A DNA stretch of 64,000 bases from Vulcanimicrobiota bacterium (GTDB taxonomy: Bacteria; Vulcanimicrobiota; Vulcanimicrobiia; Vulcanimicrobiales; Vulcanimicrobiaceae). Made by a program: the position numbers and the translations under genes. The stretch is from assembly GCA_963756635.1 (NCBI GenBank), contig CAVWOR010000004.1, forward strand, positions 265,788-329,787. The letters are read 5' to 3'. Under the pieces are notes generated by a model. It saw nothing but the letters and a program-made list of their open reading frames with translations. It did not search any database and was not told the origin of the DNA. Positions 22,884 to 31,241 of this stretch are shown one piece after another; within the stretch, counting starts at the first letter, position 1, and every line of letters begins with the position of its first letter.

Positions 22884-22956
22884 CGCGGTCGGAGGGACTC
22901 GAACCCCCAACCAACAGGTTCGAAGCCTGCTGCTCTATCCATTGAGCTACGACCGC
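22884..22956 (-). tRNA. tRNA-Arg (anticodon UCG)
   Basis: Hand-folded cloverleaf: acceptor GCGGTCG/CGACCGC, D arm GCTC-AATGGATA-GAGC, anticodon arm GCAGG-CTTCGAA-CCTGT, T arm GGGGG-TTCGAGT-CCCTC, discriminator G. No encoded CCA. Confidence 0.85.
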
Positions 22957-23062
22957 GTAACGCTCTCTTCTATGCCGGGCCGCTCTTCGACTCCGCTGGG
23001 CGTAAGATGGTGATTCCGTTCAGAGTGGCCGAGATCCGCGTGGATCGTTTGACGCGAATTGC

Positions 23063-23703
23063 TCAGCGATCAAATGCGACGATTTGATTCGCCTCTCGAT
23101 GATTCGTCCAGAATTTTGAGCCGTCGTAAGTAAGAGCCCGAGCCGCGAAAGGGATCCGTGCGAGATCGTCGGATGCATTGGCGCCATTGGCGGCGACTCG
23201 CGTGAGAAAATACTCGTCGCTCTCTTCGTCATCGGTCGTAACGAGATAAAAGTTTCCGTCCAGATAGCACTGTCCGCAGATTTGATGCGGCACATCGATC
23301 TGACGCACGATGTTCCCCGCTCGTCAAGTCCCAGAATCCGGCGGTTATACCACTGGCTGAGGTAGAGTAGGGTACCGTCGTAACTGAGTTGCGATCCGGT
23401 CGCGTCGGGACACTCGATCGCGCCTTGCGATTTGAAACCGTGGCCCGGAACGAAGCGGCGGATCTCGCGGTCGTCATCGTCGCCGACGCCGCAAACGACG
23501 CGCAGCTCGTCGCCCACCACGGTCATGCCCCAGGGTTTGCCCGGCACCTTCGCTTCTTCAATCAGGGTCCATTGCCGAGGATCGATCGCGTAAAGACGAT
23601 CGGTCCCGATCGATCCCATCCAGAGCTTTTCACCGTCGTGAGCAAGAGCCTGGGGGCGTGGAGCGGGCGACGGCAGGCGCAGTACTTCCGTTACGTCTTG
23701 CAC
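23063..23703 (-). pseudogene. beta-propeller repeat protein (glutamine-cyclotransferase-like), split by an apparent frameshift in a C/G homopolymer
   Basis: ORF 23020-23703 reads ..SQWYNRRILGLDERG then nonsense. ORF 23063-23308 continues in another frame as (N)IVRQIDVPHQICGQCYLDGNFYLVTTDD..TYDGSKFWTNHREANQIVAFDR. The junction is at the cccc run 23315-23318. Confidence 0.6.
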
Positions 23704-23769
23704 GCTTGGAGCATACGTCGCTAGCGGTTGACTACCTCTCCTAGTTGACCTGGCACCGGCTCCAAAAGT

Positions 23770-23797
23770 ATCGAGGCCCGTGGTGGCGGGCCTCGAT
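23770..23797 (-). terminator. rho-independent terminator candidate after argJ
   Basis: 11-bp perfect stem atcgaggcccg / cgggcctcgat with a 6-nt loop. On the minus-strand transcript it is followed by ACUUUUGG. Confidence 0.6.
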
Positions 23798-23874
23798 GGT
23801 TCTTGAGTTTTGTAAGCGGTTACTTACACCCACATTTTCCCCCATCTGCGGGGTTCTTAAACGCACGGCAACGG

Positions 23875-25089
23875 TCAGGTGCGATAGTTGGCGTTGATGC
23901 GAACGTAGTCGCGCGAGAGATCGCAGCCCCAGCCAGTCGCTTTCGCTTCGCCCAAGCCGAGCTTGACCTCGATTGCAATGCTCGACGACTCGAGCTCTCG
24001 GTGGGCCTCCGCTTCGGAGAGGAGCTCGATACCTCCGCAATCGACCCACCCCTTGCCATTGACATCGAGCGACCAGCGTGCCGGATCGAGCCCCGCACGG
24101 GCTGCACCGGCCGCGGCGACGATTCGGCCCCAGTTCGGGTCCTCGCCGTAAAGCGCGGTCCTCACGAGATTACTGTTGACGATCGCGCGGGCGATCGCTC
24201 GCGCTTGAGCGACTTGCAGAGCCCCGCTGACGCGAACTTCCAGCGTCTTTGTCGCGCCTTCGCCGTCGGCGACCATTGCGCGCGCTAAATCGAGACAGAC
24301 CGCGCGCAGCGCCTGCGCGCACGCCGTGGGCACCTCCGCGCCGTTCGACGGCGCCGGGGCAAAGACGTAGACGGCGTCGTTGGTGGACATATCGCCGTCA
24401 ACCGAGATCATGTTGAAGCTCTCGTCGCAACTTTGCGTGAGCAGCTCCGCGAGCGCACCGCGCGATAGCGGAAAATCCGTAGCAAGGAAGGCAAGCATCG
24501 TCGCCATGTTGGGTGCGATCATGCCCGAGCCTTTGGCAATCCCGCCGACGACGTATTTTCGATCGCGGTGATAAAACGCATACGCAGCGAGCTTCGGAAC
24601 GCGATCGGTGGTCATGATCGCTTCGGCCGCGTCGAAGGCAGACTTCCCGCCGAAATCGAGCTGCACGACGGCCCGTTCGAGCCCGCGCTGCACGCGATCG
24701 ATCGGAAGCGGAGTGCCGATCACGCCGGTCGATGCGACGATCACCTGCGAAGGAGCGATCTCGAGCAACGCGGCCGTTTGGCGCGCCGTCGCGCGCGCGT
24801 CGCGTTCGCCACGCTCGCCCGTACAAGCGTTGGCGCACCCGGAGTTGCAGACGAGCGCGCGCATCATTCCCGACTCCGCGAGGTGGCAGGCACTCACCAG
24901 CAGCGGCGCCGCCTTGATTTCGTTGGTGGTTACGACCGACGCGCAGTTTTGGGGAGCATCGAAGGCAATCAGCGCAAGATCGCGCTTGCGCGGTTTGATT
25001 CCGGCGTGCACGCCCGCTAAGCGTACGCCAGGGACGGCGCCGAGACCGCCCCGCATCGCAATCAGTTCAAGCGAAGACGGTGCGAGCAT
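23875..25089 (-). CDS. argJ: bifunctional ornithine acetyltransferase / N-acetylglutamate synthase
   Basis: VHAGIKPRKRDLALI, CNSGCANACTG, the autoprocessing region ATMLAFLATD, and C-terminal YVRINANYRT. The tracked ORF is over-extended to 25362. ATG 25089 or ATG 25056 are plausible starts. Confidence 0.9.
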   Translation of the reverse strand: MLAPSSLELIAMRGGLGAVPGVRLAGVHAGIKPRKRDLALIAFDAPQNCASVVTTNEIKAAPLLVSACHLAESGMMRALVCNSGCANACTGERGERDARATARQTAALLEIAPSQVIVASTGVIGTPLPIDRVQRGLERAVVQLDFGGKSAFDAAEAIMTTDRVPKLAAYAFYHRDRKYVVGGIAKGSGMIAPNMATMLAFLATDFPLSRGALAELLTQSCDESFNMISVDGDMSTNDAVYVFAPAPSNGAEVPTACAQALRAVCLDLARAMVADGEGATKTLEVRVSGALQVAQARAIARAIVNSNLVRTALYGEDPNWGRIVAAAGAARAGLDPARWSLDVNGKGWVDCGGIELLSEAEAHRELESSSIAIEVKLGLGEAKATGWGCDLSRDYVRINANYRT

Positions 25090-26032
25090 TGAGTCCGCTT
25101 TCTTCGGCGTAGCCAAGCATGACGTTGAGATTCTGGACGGCTTGACCGGCAGCGCCTTTTCCGAGATTGTCGATCGCGCAGATCGCGCGCACGACCGTTC
25201 CATCGACGTCGACTCGCAGCTCCGCATCGTTTGTTCCGACCACCGCAGCGACACTCGGAACGCGTCCCTCTGAGAGTACGCGCACGAAAATAGCATTCCC
25301 ATAGGCGTTTGCATATGCGAATTCGATCGCTCGCGCGTCGACTGGAGCATCAAAGAGCGCATACGAATCGGTCAGCATCCCACGCGCGAGCGGCACGACG
25401 TGCGGCGTAAACGTCACGCTCGCGTTGAGGTTGCCGCCGCGCAGGTAGCATTCAATCTCGGGCTGATGGCGGTGCCCGTTCAAGCCGTAGGCGCGAATAT
25501 CGCCGCTGACTTCGGCGAAGAGCGAACCCACGCGCGGCGTGCGGCCCGCGCCGGTCATTCCGCTCTTGGCGTCGATGACGATGTGGAGCGGGCTGGCTAC
25601 CGCAGCAAGAGGCAAGAGTGAAAGCAGAGCTGCCGTCGGATAGCAGCCGGGATTGGCGACGAGCTGCGCTTCGGCGATCGCGCTGCGCTGCCATTCGGTC
25701 AAGCCGTAAGCAGCCGCCGCATCGAATCGATGGAGCGCCGAGAGATCGATCACCCGCACGCCGCGTGCGAGCAGCCGCGGGAGGAGTGCGCGTGCTTCAT
25801 CTTCTGCGCCCGCGATGACGACGTCGCCGCTTCGCGCGGTCTCCAAAACCGCGCCGAAAGCTGAAAACCGATACGGCGTCGTGCGCAAGAGCGGAAAGTG
25901 ATCGCCAAGCATCTCACCGGCATGACTGCGGCTCTCGAGAACACCAATCTCGACCTCCGGGTGTGCGTGCAGCAGCCGAATCACCTCGGCCGCGGCATAT
26001 CCGCTCGCACCCCAAACGTGAGCGCGAGTCAT
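25067..26032 (-). CDS. argC: N-acetyl-gamma-glutamyl-phosphate reductase
   Basis: N-terminal GASGYAAAEVIRLL Rossmann motif, active-site region NPGCYPTA. 321 aa. ATGA overlap with the argH stop. Confidence 0.9.
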   Translation of the reverse strand: MTRAHVWGASGYAAAEVIRLLHAHPEVEIGVLESRSHAGEMLGDHFPLLRTTPYRFSAFGAVLETARSGDVVIAGAEDEARALLPRLLARGVRVIDLSALHRFDAAAAYGLTEWQRSAIAEAQLVANPGCYPTAALLSLLPLAAVASPLHIVIDAKSGMTGAGRTPRVGSLFAEVSGDIRAYGLNGHRHQPEIECYLRGGNLNASVTFTPHVVPLARGMLTDSYALFDAPVDARAIEFAYANAYGNAIFVRVLSEGRVPSVAAVVGTNDAELRVDVDGTVVRAICAIDNLGKGAAGQAVQNLNVMLGYAEESGLNARTVFA

Positions 26033-27387
26033 CCGAGCTCCTGCGACATTTTGGCGAGCTGCGCATCGAGCGAGAGAACCTGATCGCGGACGTCGTCCGG
26101 TGCGGTCGATCCGCGCGTACGCTTCGCGGCCACGGAGGCGCGCGCATCGAGGCAGGCATCGAGCGCGCGGCTCTCCGACTCGGCGCGCGCAACTTCGGCT
26201 CCAACGCGCGCGTGCGCCTCGCGAGGCGACGTCCCGCGTGCTATCAGCTCGTCTGCGACGTCGGTCGCGATCGTATATCCTTCAAGTGCAGAGCGCTCCA
26301 TCGCCTCGGGAACGAAACTCACGGCTTCCCACGCGCGGGCAAAAGCGCTCAGCGTCGCGATTGCGTCCTCCGCGATCGCGATCGTCTGGCTCTTCGTCAC
26401 CTGCAGATCGCGCTGGTAGGAAGGCGCCAGTCCGCAGAGCGTTCCCAGCGCTCCGGCATAGGACCCAACCAACTTGGCCGCATGCGCGCGCACCAGCTCG
26501 AACGGATCGGGGTTACGCTTTTGCGGCATCAGACTCGATCCGGTCGACGCGGCGTCACCGAGCCTCACGTAGCCATACGCAGGGACCGACCAGGCGATGA
26601 GCTCCTCGGCGACGCGCGAGGCATCCACGACGGCGCGGACGCATGCGTGCGCGAGATCGAGCGCCACGTCGCGATTCCCAATCGAATCGAGCGCGTTGCG
26701 GGAAGGACCTAGAAAGCCGAGCGATTGCGCCGCCCGGTTGCGATCGAGCGGCAGGCCCGAGCCTGCAAGCGCGGCGCTTCCCAGTGGACACGACATGGCC
26801 GCCGCGCGAGCGACGCTTGTGAACCGCTCGGTCGCGCGGACAAACGGTTCGCTCCACGCTGCGAGAACGAAAGCCAGGAGCACCGGCTGCGCGGGCTGCC
26901 GATGCGTGCAACCTGCCAGCACGGTCTGCGCCCGGCACTCGTCGGTGGCCCGAGCGACGAGCGCCGACGCGATCGCGTGGGAACGTCGCGCGGCGGTGCG
27001 GGCACAGTCACGCACGTAGAGCAGCAGGGTTGTCGCGACCTGATCGTTGCGGCTGCGCCCGGCGTGCAGCCATTCACCGGCAGCGCCGGCAAGCTCACGC
27101 ACGCGCGCATCGATTGCGCCATGGACGTCCTCCGCACCGATTGCACGCGCGTAGGCCGCGAAAGTGCCGGCGCCGATCTCCGATTTCACGGTACCGAGCG
27201 CCGCGCGCAACGACGCGCCCTGGGAGGCGGTAATGATCTCTCCACCTTGGAGCGCTTCGACGTGGCCGAGCGAGCACGCCACGTCGAACGGCGCCAGTAC
27301 GAGATCCTCTTCTAAGGATGAACCGAAGGCAAGGAGTTCGGCATCGGCGCCGGCCGTAAATCGGCCGCCCCACTGAAGTGCCGTCAC
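26029..27387 (-). CDS. argH: argininosuccinate lyase
   Basis: LWGGRF-type N-terminus (VTALQWGGRFTAG), the fumarate-lyase signature GSSLMPQKRNPD. GTG 27387 overlaps the argG TGA. Confidence 0.9.
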   Translation of the reverse strand: MTALQWGGRFTAGADAELLAFGSSLEEDLVLAPFDVACSLGHVEALQGGEIITASQGASLRAALGTVKSEIGAGTFAAYARAIGAEDVHGAIDARVRELAGAAGEWLHAGRSRNDQVATTLLLYVRDCARTAARRSHAIASALVARATDECRAQTVLAGCTHRQPAQPVLLAFVLAAWSEPFVRATERFTSVARAAAMSCPLGSAALAGSGLPLDRNRAAQSLGFLGPSRNALDSIGNRDVALDLAHACVRAVVDASRVAEELIAWSVPAYGYVRLGDAASTGSSLMPQKRNPDPFELVRAHAAKLVGSYAGALGTLCGLAPSYQRDLQVTKSQTIAIAEDAIATLSAFARAWEAVSFVPEAMERSALEGYTIATDVADELIARGTSPREAHARVGAEVARAESESRALDACLDARASVAAKRTRGSTAPDDVRDQVLSLDAQLAKMSQELG

Positions 27388-28604
27388 GTCGAGATCGCCT
27401 CCGCTTTGACGGCTCGAGCGAAAGCCTCCAGCGGCAGAGCGTGCAGTGCAATAAATCCGCTCGCAGCTTGATGGTCGAATGCGTCGCTCCGGCCGTAGGT
27501 CGCGAGCCGCTCGCGGTAGAGCGCGAACGGCGAGCGCACCCCGGTGACGACGCAGTTGCCGCGATGCAATCGCAGGCGAACCTCTCCGGTCATTCGCGGT
27601 GCCAGCGCTTCGTTGAACGCATCCAAGGCGTTTCGCAGCGGCTGCATCCACAAGCCGTCGTAGATCAGTTCCGAGTAGCGCCGATCGGTGAACGCTTTAA
27701 AGCGCAGCTCGTCGCGGGTCAGCACGAGGCGCTCGAGCGCTCGGTGCGCCGCAATTAAAATCGACGCAGCCGGAGATTCGTAAACTTCGCGCGACTTGAA
27801 GCCAACCACGCGATCCTCGACCAGATCGATGCGCCCAATGCCGTGCCGCCCCCCGATCGCATTGAGCTCGGCGACCAATGGGGCGGTCGTCCGCCCTTGC
27901 GCGCTCGGCGTCCCGGTTTCGAATTCGACGACGATCTCCTGCGGAAACGGCGGCTGCAACGCAGGCGGCGCCGTCCAGGCAAACACGTCCTCCGGAGGCG
28001 AACTCCAGGGATCTTCGAGCTCGCCGGCTTCGATCGACCGCCCCCACAGATTGGCGTCGACTGAGTAAGGCTTCTCCGCCGTATGCGAGACCGGAACGCC
28101 ATGTTCGCGTGCGAAGGCAATTGCGTCCGGTCGCGAGAGCGGCGACTCGCGAAGCGGCGCACGGCAGGTCAACGTCGGGTCGAGGGCCCGCACCGCCAGC
28201 TCGATGCGCACTTGGTCGTTGCCCTTGCCGGTGCAGCCGTGCGCCACGACGTTCGCGCCATACGTGCGGGCGTTCTCGACCAGAAGCTCGGCGATGAGAG
28301 GGCGGGAGAGCGCCGCCGCGAGCGGATAGCAATCTTCGTAGAGTGCATTGGCTCGCAACGCCACGAACGCATACTCCATGATGAAGCGCTCCCGCGCGTC
28401 GATCAACACGGCATCGTAGGCGCCCAGCGCGGTCGCTTTTGCACGCACGGCGTCCAGCGCGGCCTGCGCGCCGGGTCCCGCAACCGCGTCGCTTTCACCC
28501 AGATCGACCGTCATCGCTACGACGTCGTGCCCCTCAAGAACGAGCTTTTTTAGGAGCACCGACGTGTCAAGGCCGCCGGAGTATGCCAGGATGACTTTAC
28601 TCAT
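27384..28604 (-). CDS. argG: argininosuccinate synthase
   Basis: MSKVILAYSGGLDTSV N-terminus, AHGCTGKGNDQVR motif. ATG 28604 overlaps the argR TGA. Confidence 0.92.
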   Translation of the reverse strand: MSKVILAYSGGLDTSVLLKKLVLEGHDVVAMTVDLGESDAVAGPGAQAALDAVRAKATALGAYDAVLIDARERFIMEYAFVALRANALYEDCYPLAAALSRPLIAELLVENARTYGANVVAHGCTGKGNDQVRIELAVRALDPTLTCRAPLRESPLSRPDAIAFAREHGVPVSHTAEKPYSVDANLWGRSIEAGELEDPWSSPPEDVFAWTAPPALQPPFPQEIVVEFETGTPSAQGRTTAPLVAELNAIGGRHGIGRIDLVEDRVVGFKSREVYESPAASILIAAHRALERLVLTRDELRFKAFTDRRYSELIYDGLWMQPLRNALDAFNEALAPRMTGEVRLRLHRGNCVVTGVRSPFALYRERLATYGRSDAFDHQAASGFIALHALPLEAFARAVKAEAIST

Positions 28605-29068
28605 GCCGCCGTCTGGGCTCTCAGATCGAGGAACCGCTGTTTGATATACGGCATCTCTTCGGCGGAGCGAACGACGACGAGGATCGTGTCGTCGCCTCCA
28701 ATCGTGCCGAGCACCTCGGGCCAAGCAGCCTCGTCTACGGCGGAGGCGAGCATCATCGCGCTGCCCGGCCCCGTATGGATAATGATGAGGTTGGCGCTTC
28801 CGGTAATCGTGGTCGCAAGCTCTGCCATTGCGCGATGCAGACGGCTTACATAATTTGGCGCGGCACTCGGAATGACGTACTTGAAGACCTCGCCCTGCTC
28901 GGACTTGATCGGCACTTTGGTGAGCCGAAGCTCCTTGACGTCGCGCGAGACGGTCGCTTGCGTAACTTCAAAGCCTTGGCGCTGCAGCAACGCGACGAGT
29001 TCCTCTTGCGAGTGAACCGGACGGGTGGCGACCAGCGTCAAGATGGCGCGTTGGCGGCGATCTTTCAT
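28601..29068 (-). CDS. argR: arginine repressor
   Basis: Winged-helix N-terminus (RQRAILTLVATRPVHSQEELVALLQRQGFEVTQATVSRDVKEL) and C-terminal oligomerisation/Arg-binding domain (GTIGGDDTILVV). ATG 29068 overlaps the argF stop. Confidence 0.9.
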   Translation of the reverse strand: MKDRRQRAILTLVATRPVHSQEELVALLQRQGFEVTQATVSRDVKELRLTKVPIKSEQGEVFKYVIPSAAPNYVSRLHRAMAELATTITGSANLIIIHTGPGSAMMLASAVDEAAWPEVLGTIGGDDTILVVVRSAEEMPYIKQRFLDLRAQTAA

Positions 29069-30048
29069 ATTGGAAACCCTCTGCATTGGGTGAGGAGTGC
29101 GACGAGCAGCGCCTTTTGCGCGTGCAGCCGATTCTCGGCTTGATCGAAGACGGCGCTCCGGGGACCATCAATGACCTCCGCGGTTACTTCTTCGCCACGG
29201 TGCGCCGGGAGGCAATGCAAAAAGACTGCGTGCGGCGCGGCGTAGCTCATCAGTTCACGCGTAACGGCGTAGGGACGCAGGATCGCATCGTTGCGCTCGC
29301 GATACTGCTCGTCGCCCATCGACGTCCACACGTCGGTATAGACCGCATCGACGCCGCGTACCGCGCGCGCCGGGTTGGAGAACGCGCGGGCGCCGCCGCC
29401 TGCAAGCCGTCCAAGACGCGCGAGCTGAGCGAGAAACGTTTCGGATGGGCGGTGCGTCGGCGGGCAGGCAAAATGCACCGTCGCACCGAGCATCACGGCC
29501 GCTTCGGCAAACGAGGCAGCGACGTTGTTGCGCGCATCGCCCACGTAGGCAACGCGAAGGCCCGCAACCTCTCCGAAGCATTCGCCGAGCGTCAGCATGT
29601 CGGCCAGCGCCTGACACGGATGCGCGTCGGCAGAGAGACCGTTGATCACCGGCACGCTCGCAGCCTGAGCGAACCGCTCGAGCGGCCCATGATCGTGGGT
29701 TCGCACGACGATCGCGTCGACGTAGCGCGAGAGCACCCGAGCTGCGTCCTCCGGCGTTTCGCGCGAGCCGATTGCGAACTCGGCGCCTGCAGCGAAGAGC
29801 GTTTCGCCTCCCAGCTTTGCGGCCGCTACCTCAAAGGAAACGCGCGTACGCAAGCTCGGCTTATCGAAGAGCAGCGCGACCGTTCGGCCCCGCAGGAGGT
29901 AGCGATGCTCGCCCACCGGGCGCAGCTTCAAGAAAGCCGCGAGCTGCAGCAGCCCAGCGAGCTCCTCCCGAGCGAGGTCGCCGACCCGCAGAAAATGACG
30001 TCCGCACAGAGCACTGACTCGAACGGGGGCTGGCGCTAAAGCGTACAC
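29065..30048 (-). CDS. argF: ornithine carbamoyltransferase
   Basis: FDKPSLRTRVSFE (STRT motif), HPCQALAD, FLHCLPAHRGEE. GTG start at 30048. Confidence 0.92.
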   Translation of the reverse strand: MYALAPAPVRVSALCGRHFLRVGDLAREELAGLLQLAAFLKLRPVGEHRYLLRGRTVALLFDKPSLRTRVSFEVAAAKLGGETLFAAGAEFAIGSRETPEDAARVLSRYVDAIVVRTHDHGPLERFAQAASVPVINGLSADAHPCQALADMLTLGECFGEVAGLRVAYVGDARNNVAASFAEAAVMLGATVHFACPPTHRPSETFLAQLARLGRLAGGGARAFSNPARAVRGVDAVYTDVWTSMGDEQYRERNDAILRPYAVTRELMSYAAPHAVFLHCLPAHRGEEVTAEVIDGPRSAVFDQAENRLHAQKALLVALLTQCRGFPI

Positions 30049-30050
30049 GT

Positions 30051-30087
30051 CCTGTATATTTATGCATATGAAGCATAAATATGCAAG
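30051..30087. promoter_or_regulatory. two adjacent ARG-box-like operators (putative ArgR sites)
   Basis: AT-rich dyads GTATA-TT-TATGC (30054-30065) and GCATA-AA-TATGC (30073-30084). As 18-mers, CCTGTATATTTATGCATA and GAAGCATAAATATGCAAG are separated by 1 nt. They resemble the nnTGAATwwwwATTCAnn / CATGAATAAAAATGCAAG ARG-box consensus. Confidence 0.55.
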
Positions 30088-30889
30088 CGCTCTCGTCGTA
30101 AAATATGGCGGCGGCGCGATGGCGGCCGGAAGCGAGGATCGCTTCGATCCGATCCTCGCAGAGATCGCGACCCTGCGCCGATTGGGAAGCGCGGTCGTTC
30201 TCGTTCACGGAGGCGGCCCCGAGATCGATGCCGCGCTGGCCCGGCGCTCGATTGCGACTTCGCGCGTCGACGGGATGCGGGTCACCGACGCTGCGACGCT
30301 CGAGGTCAGCGAGGCAGTGCTCTGCGGCACCATCAACAAGCGGATCGTCCGTGCGGCAATCACACTGGGAATTCGAGCGGCCGGGATCAGCGGCCAAGAC
30401 GGTAACACGCTGGTTGCGCAGCGCGCACTGGGCAGGAACGGCGAGGACCTCGGCTACGTAGGCCAGATCGCATCGACCGACCTACGCCTGATTCGCACGC
30501 TGCTCGCCGCCGGCTTTTTACCGGTTATCGCTCCGCTCGCGGTCGCCGCCGACGGATCGCATGCCTACAACGTCAATGCCGACCTTGCCGCGGCAGCAAT
30601 TGCGGCGGCGCTGGGTGCGCTTGCGTTTCTCGCGATAACCAACGTGCCGCGCGTTTTGCGCCTGCCCGAGGATCCAACTTCGGGGGTCGAACGCTTCACG
30701 CCCGAAGAAGCGTTGCGCTTTGCCGCTAGCGACGCGTGTCGCTCTAGCATGAAGCCCAAGCTCTGTGCGGCAGCCAGCGCGGCGATAGGGGGTGCCGCCG
30801 CGGCATACATCTGCGCAGTGAAGCCGAACGCGATCGCTTCGGCCCTGTCCGGCGACGCTACCGTAATCCGCGCGGCGCCCGCCGCGTAG
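30062..30889 (+). CDS. argB: acetylglutamate kinase
   Basis: LVVKYGGGAM, VLVHGGGPEID, YNVNADLAAAAIA motifs. ATG 30062 (or 30068) lies inside the ARG boxes. Confidence 0.9.
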   Translation: MHMKHKYASALVVKYGGGAMAAGSEDRFDPILAEIATLRRLGSAVVLVHGGGPEIDAALARRSIATSRVDGMRVTDAATLEVSEAVLCGTINKRIVRAAITLGIRAAGISGQDGNTLVAQRALGRNGEDLGYVGQIASTDLRLIRTLLAAGFLPVIAPLAVAADGSHAYNVNADLAAAAIAAALGALAFLAITNVPRVLRLPEDPTSGVERFTPEEALRFAASDACRSSMKPKLCAAASAAIGGAAAAYICAVKPNAIASALSGDATVIRAAPAA

Positions 30890-30895
30890 CTGCCG

Positions 30896-31147
30896 CTAAA
30901 CTGCGATGCCGTGCGGGATGTCGATGATGGCCTCATCGTCTTCGTCTTCTTCGTCGTCCTCGTCAATCGGCGAGAGGGAAGCCACGACGCCATGGATCTC
31001 GCGATACATCGCTCCAATTTCACGCCCAAGCTCTTGACCGCTCTTATCGTCGGAGGAGTTCTCCAACCATCGGTCGATGGCGGCGATCGTCAAGTTCATC
31101 GCAATCACATCGCTGCTGGGCGCGTCGAGTTCTGCGTACACGGTCAT
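30896..31147 (-). CDS. small acidic hypothetical protein
   Basis: 83-aa ORF with an acidic tail (IDEDDEEDEDDE). ATG 31147. No family recognised. Confidence 0.4.
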   Translation of the reverse strand: MTVYAELDAPSSDVIAMNLTIAAIDRWLENSSDDKSGQELGREIGAMYREIHGVVASLSPIDEDDEEDEDDEAIIDIPHGIAV

Positions 31148-31241
31148 CTCCTTGCAAGAATGTCAACCTGCAGTAACCGTAAGCGAACATCCTTAAGGAA
31201 CCGATAAGACAGGATTATGGGCGGCCATCGCCGGAGGACCG

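Noticed and set aside
22957-23062. Searched the tRNA-Arg flanks for a duplicated tRNA 3' segment (classical att site) and for an integrase
   Set aside because: I found no copy of the tRNA 3' end and no integrase-like ORF. The islet is therefore reported only as compositionally atypical and repeat-flanked, not as a defined mobile element.
29086-30039. 317-aa plus-strand ORF covering argF, and similar long antisense ORFs over argH/argG (25963-26712, 26725-27315, 27697-28332)
   Set aside because: The opposite strand encodes arginine enzymes with unmistakable signatures. The antisense products are Arg-rich with no recognisable motifs.
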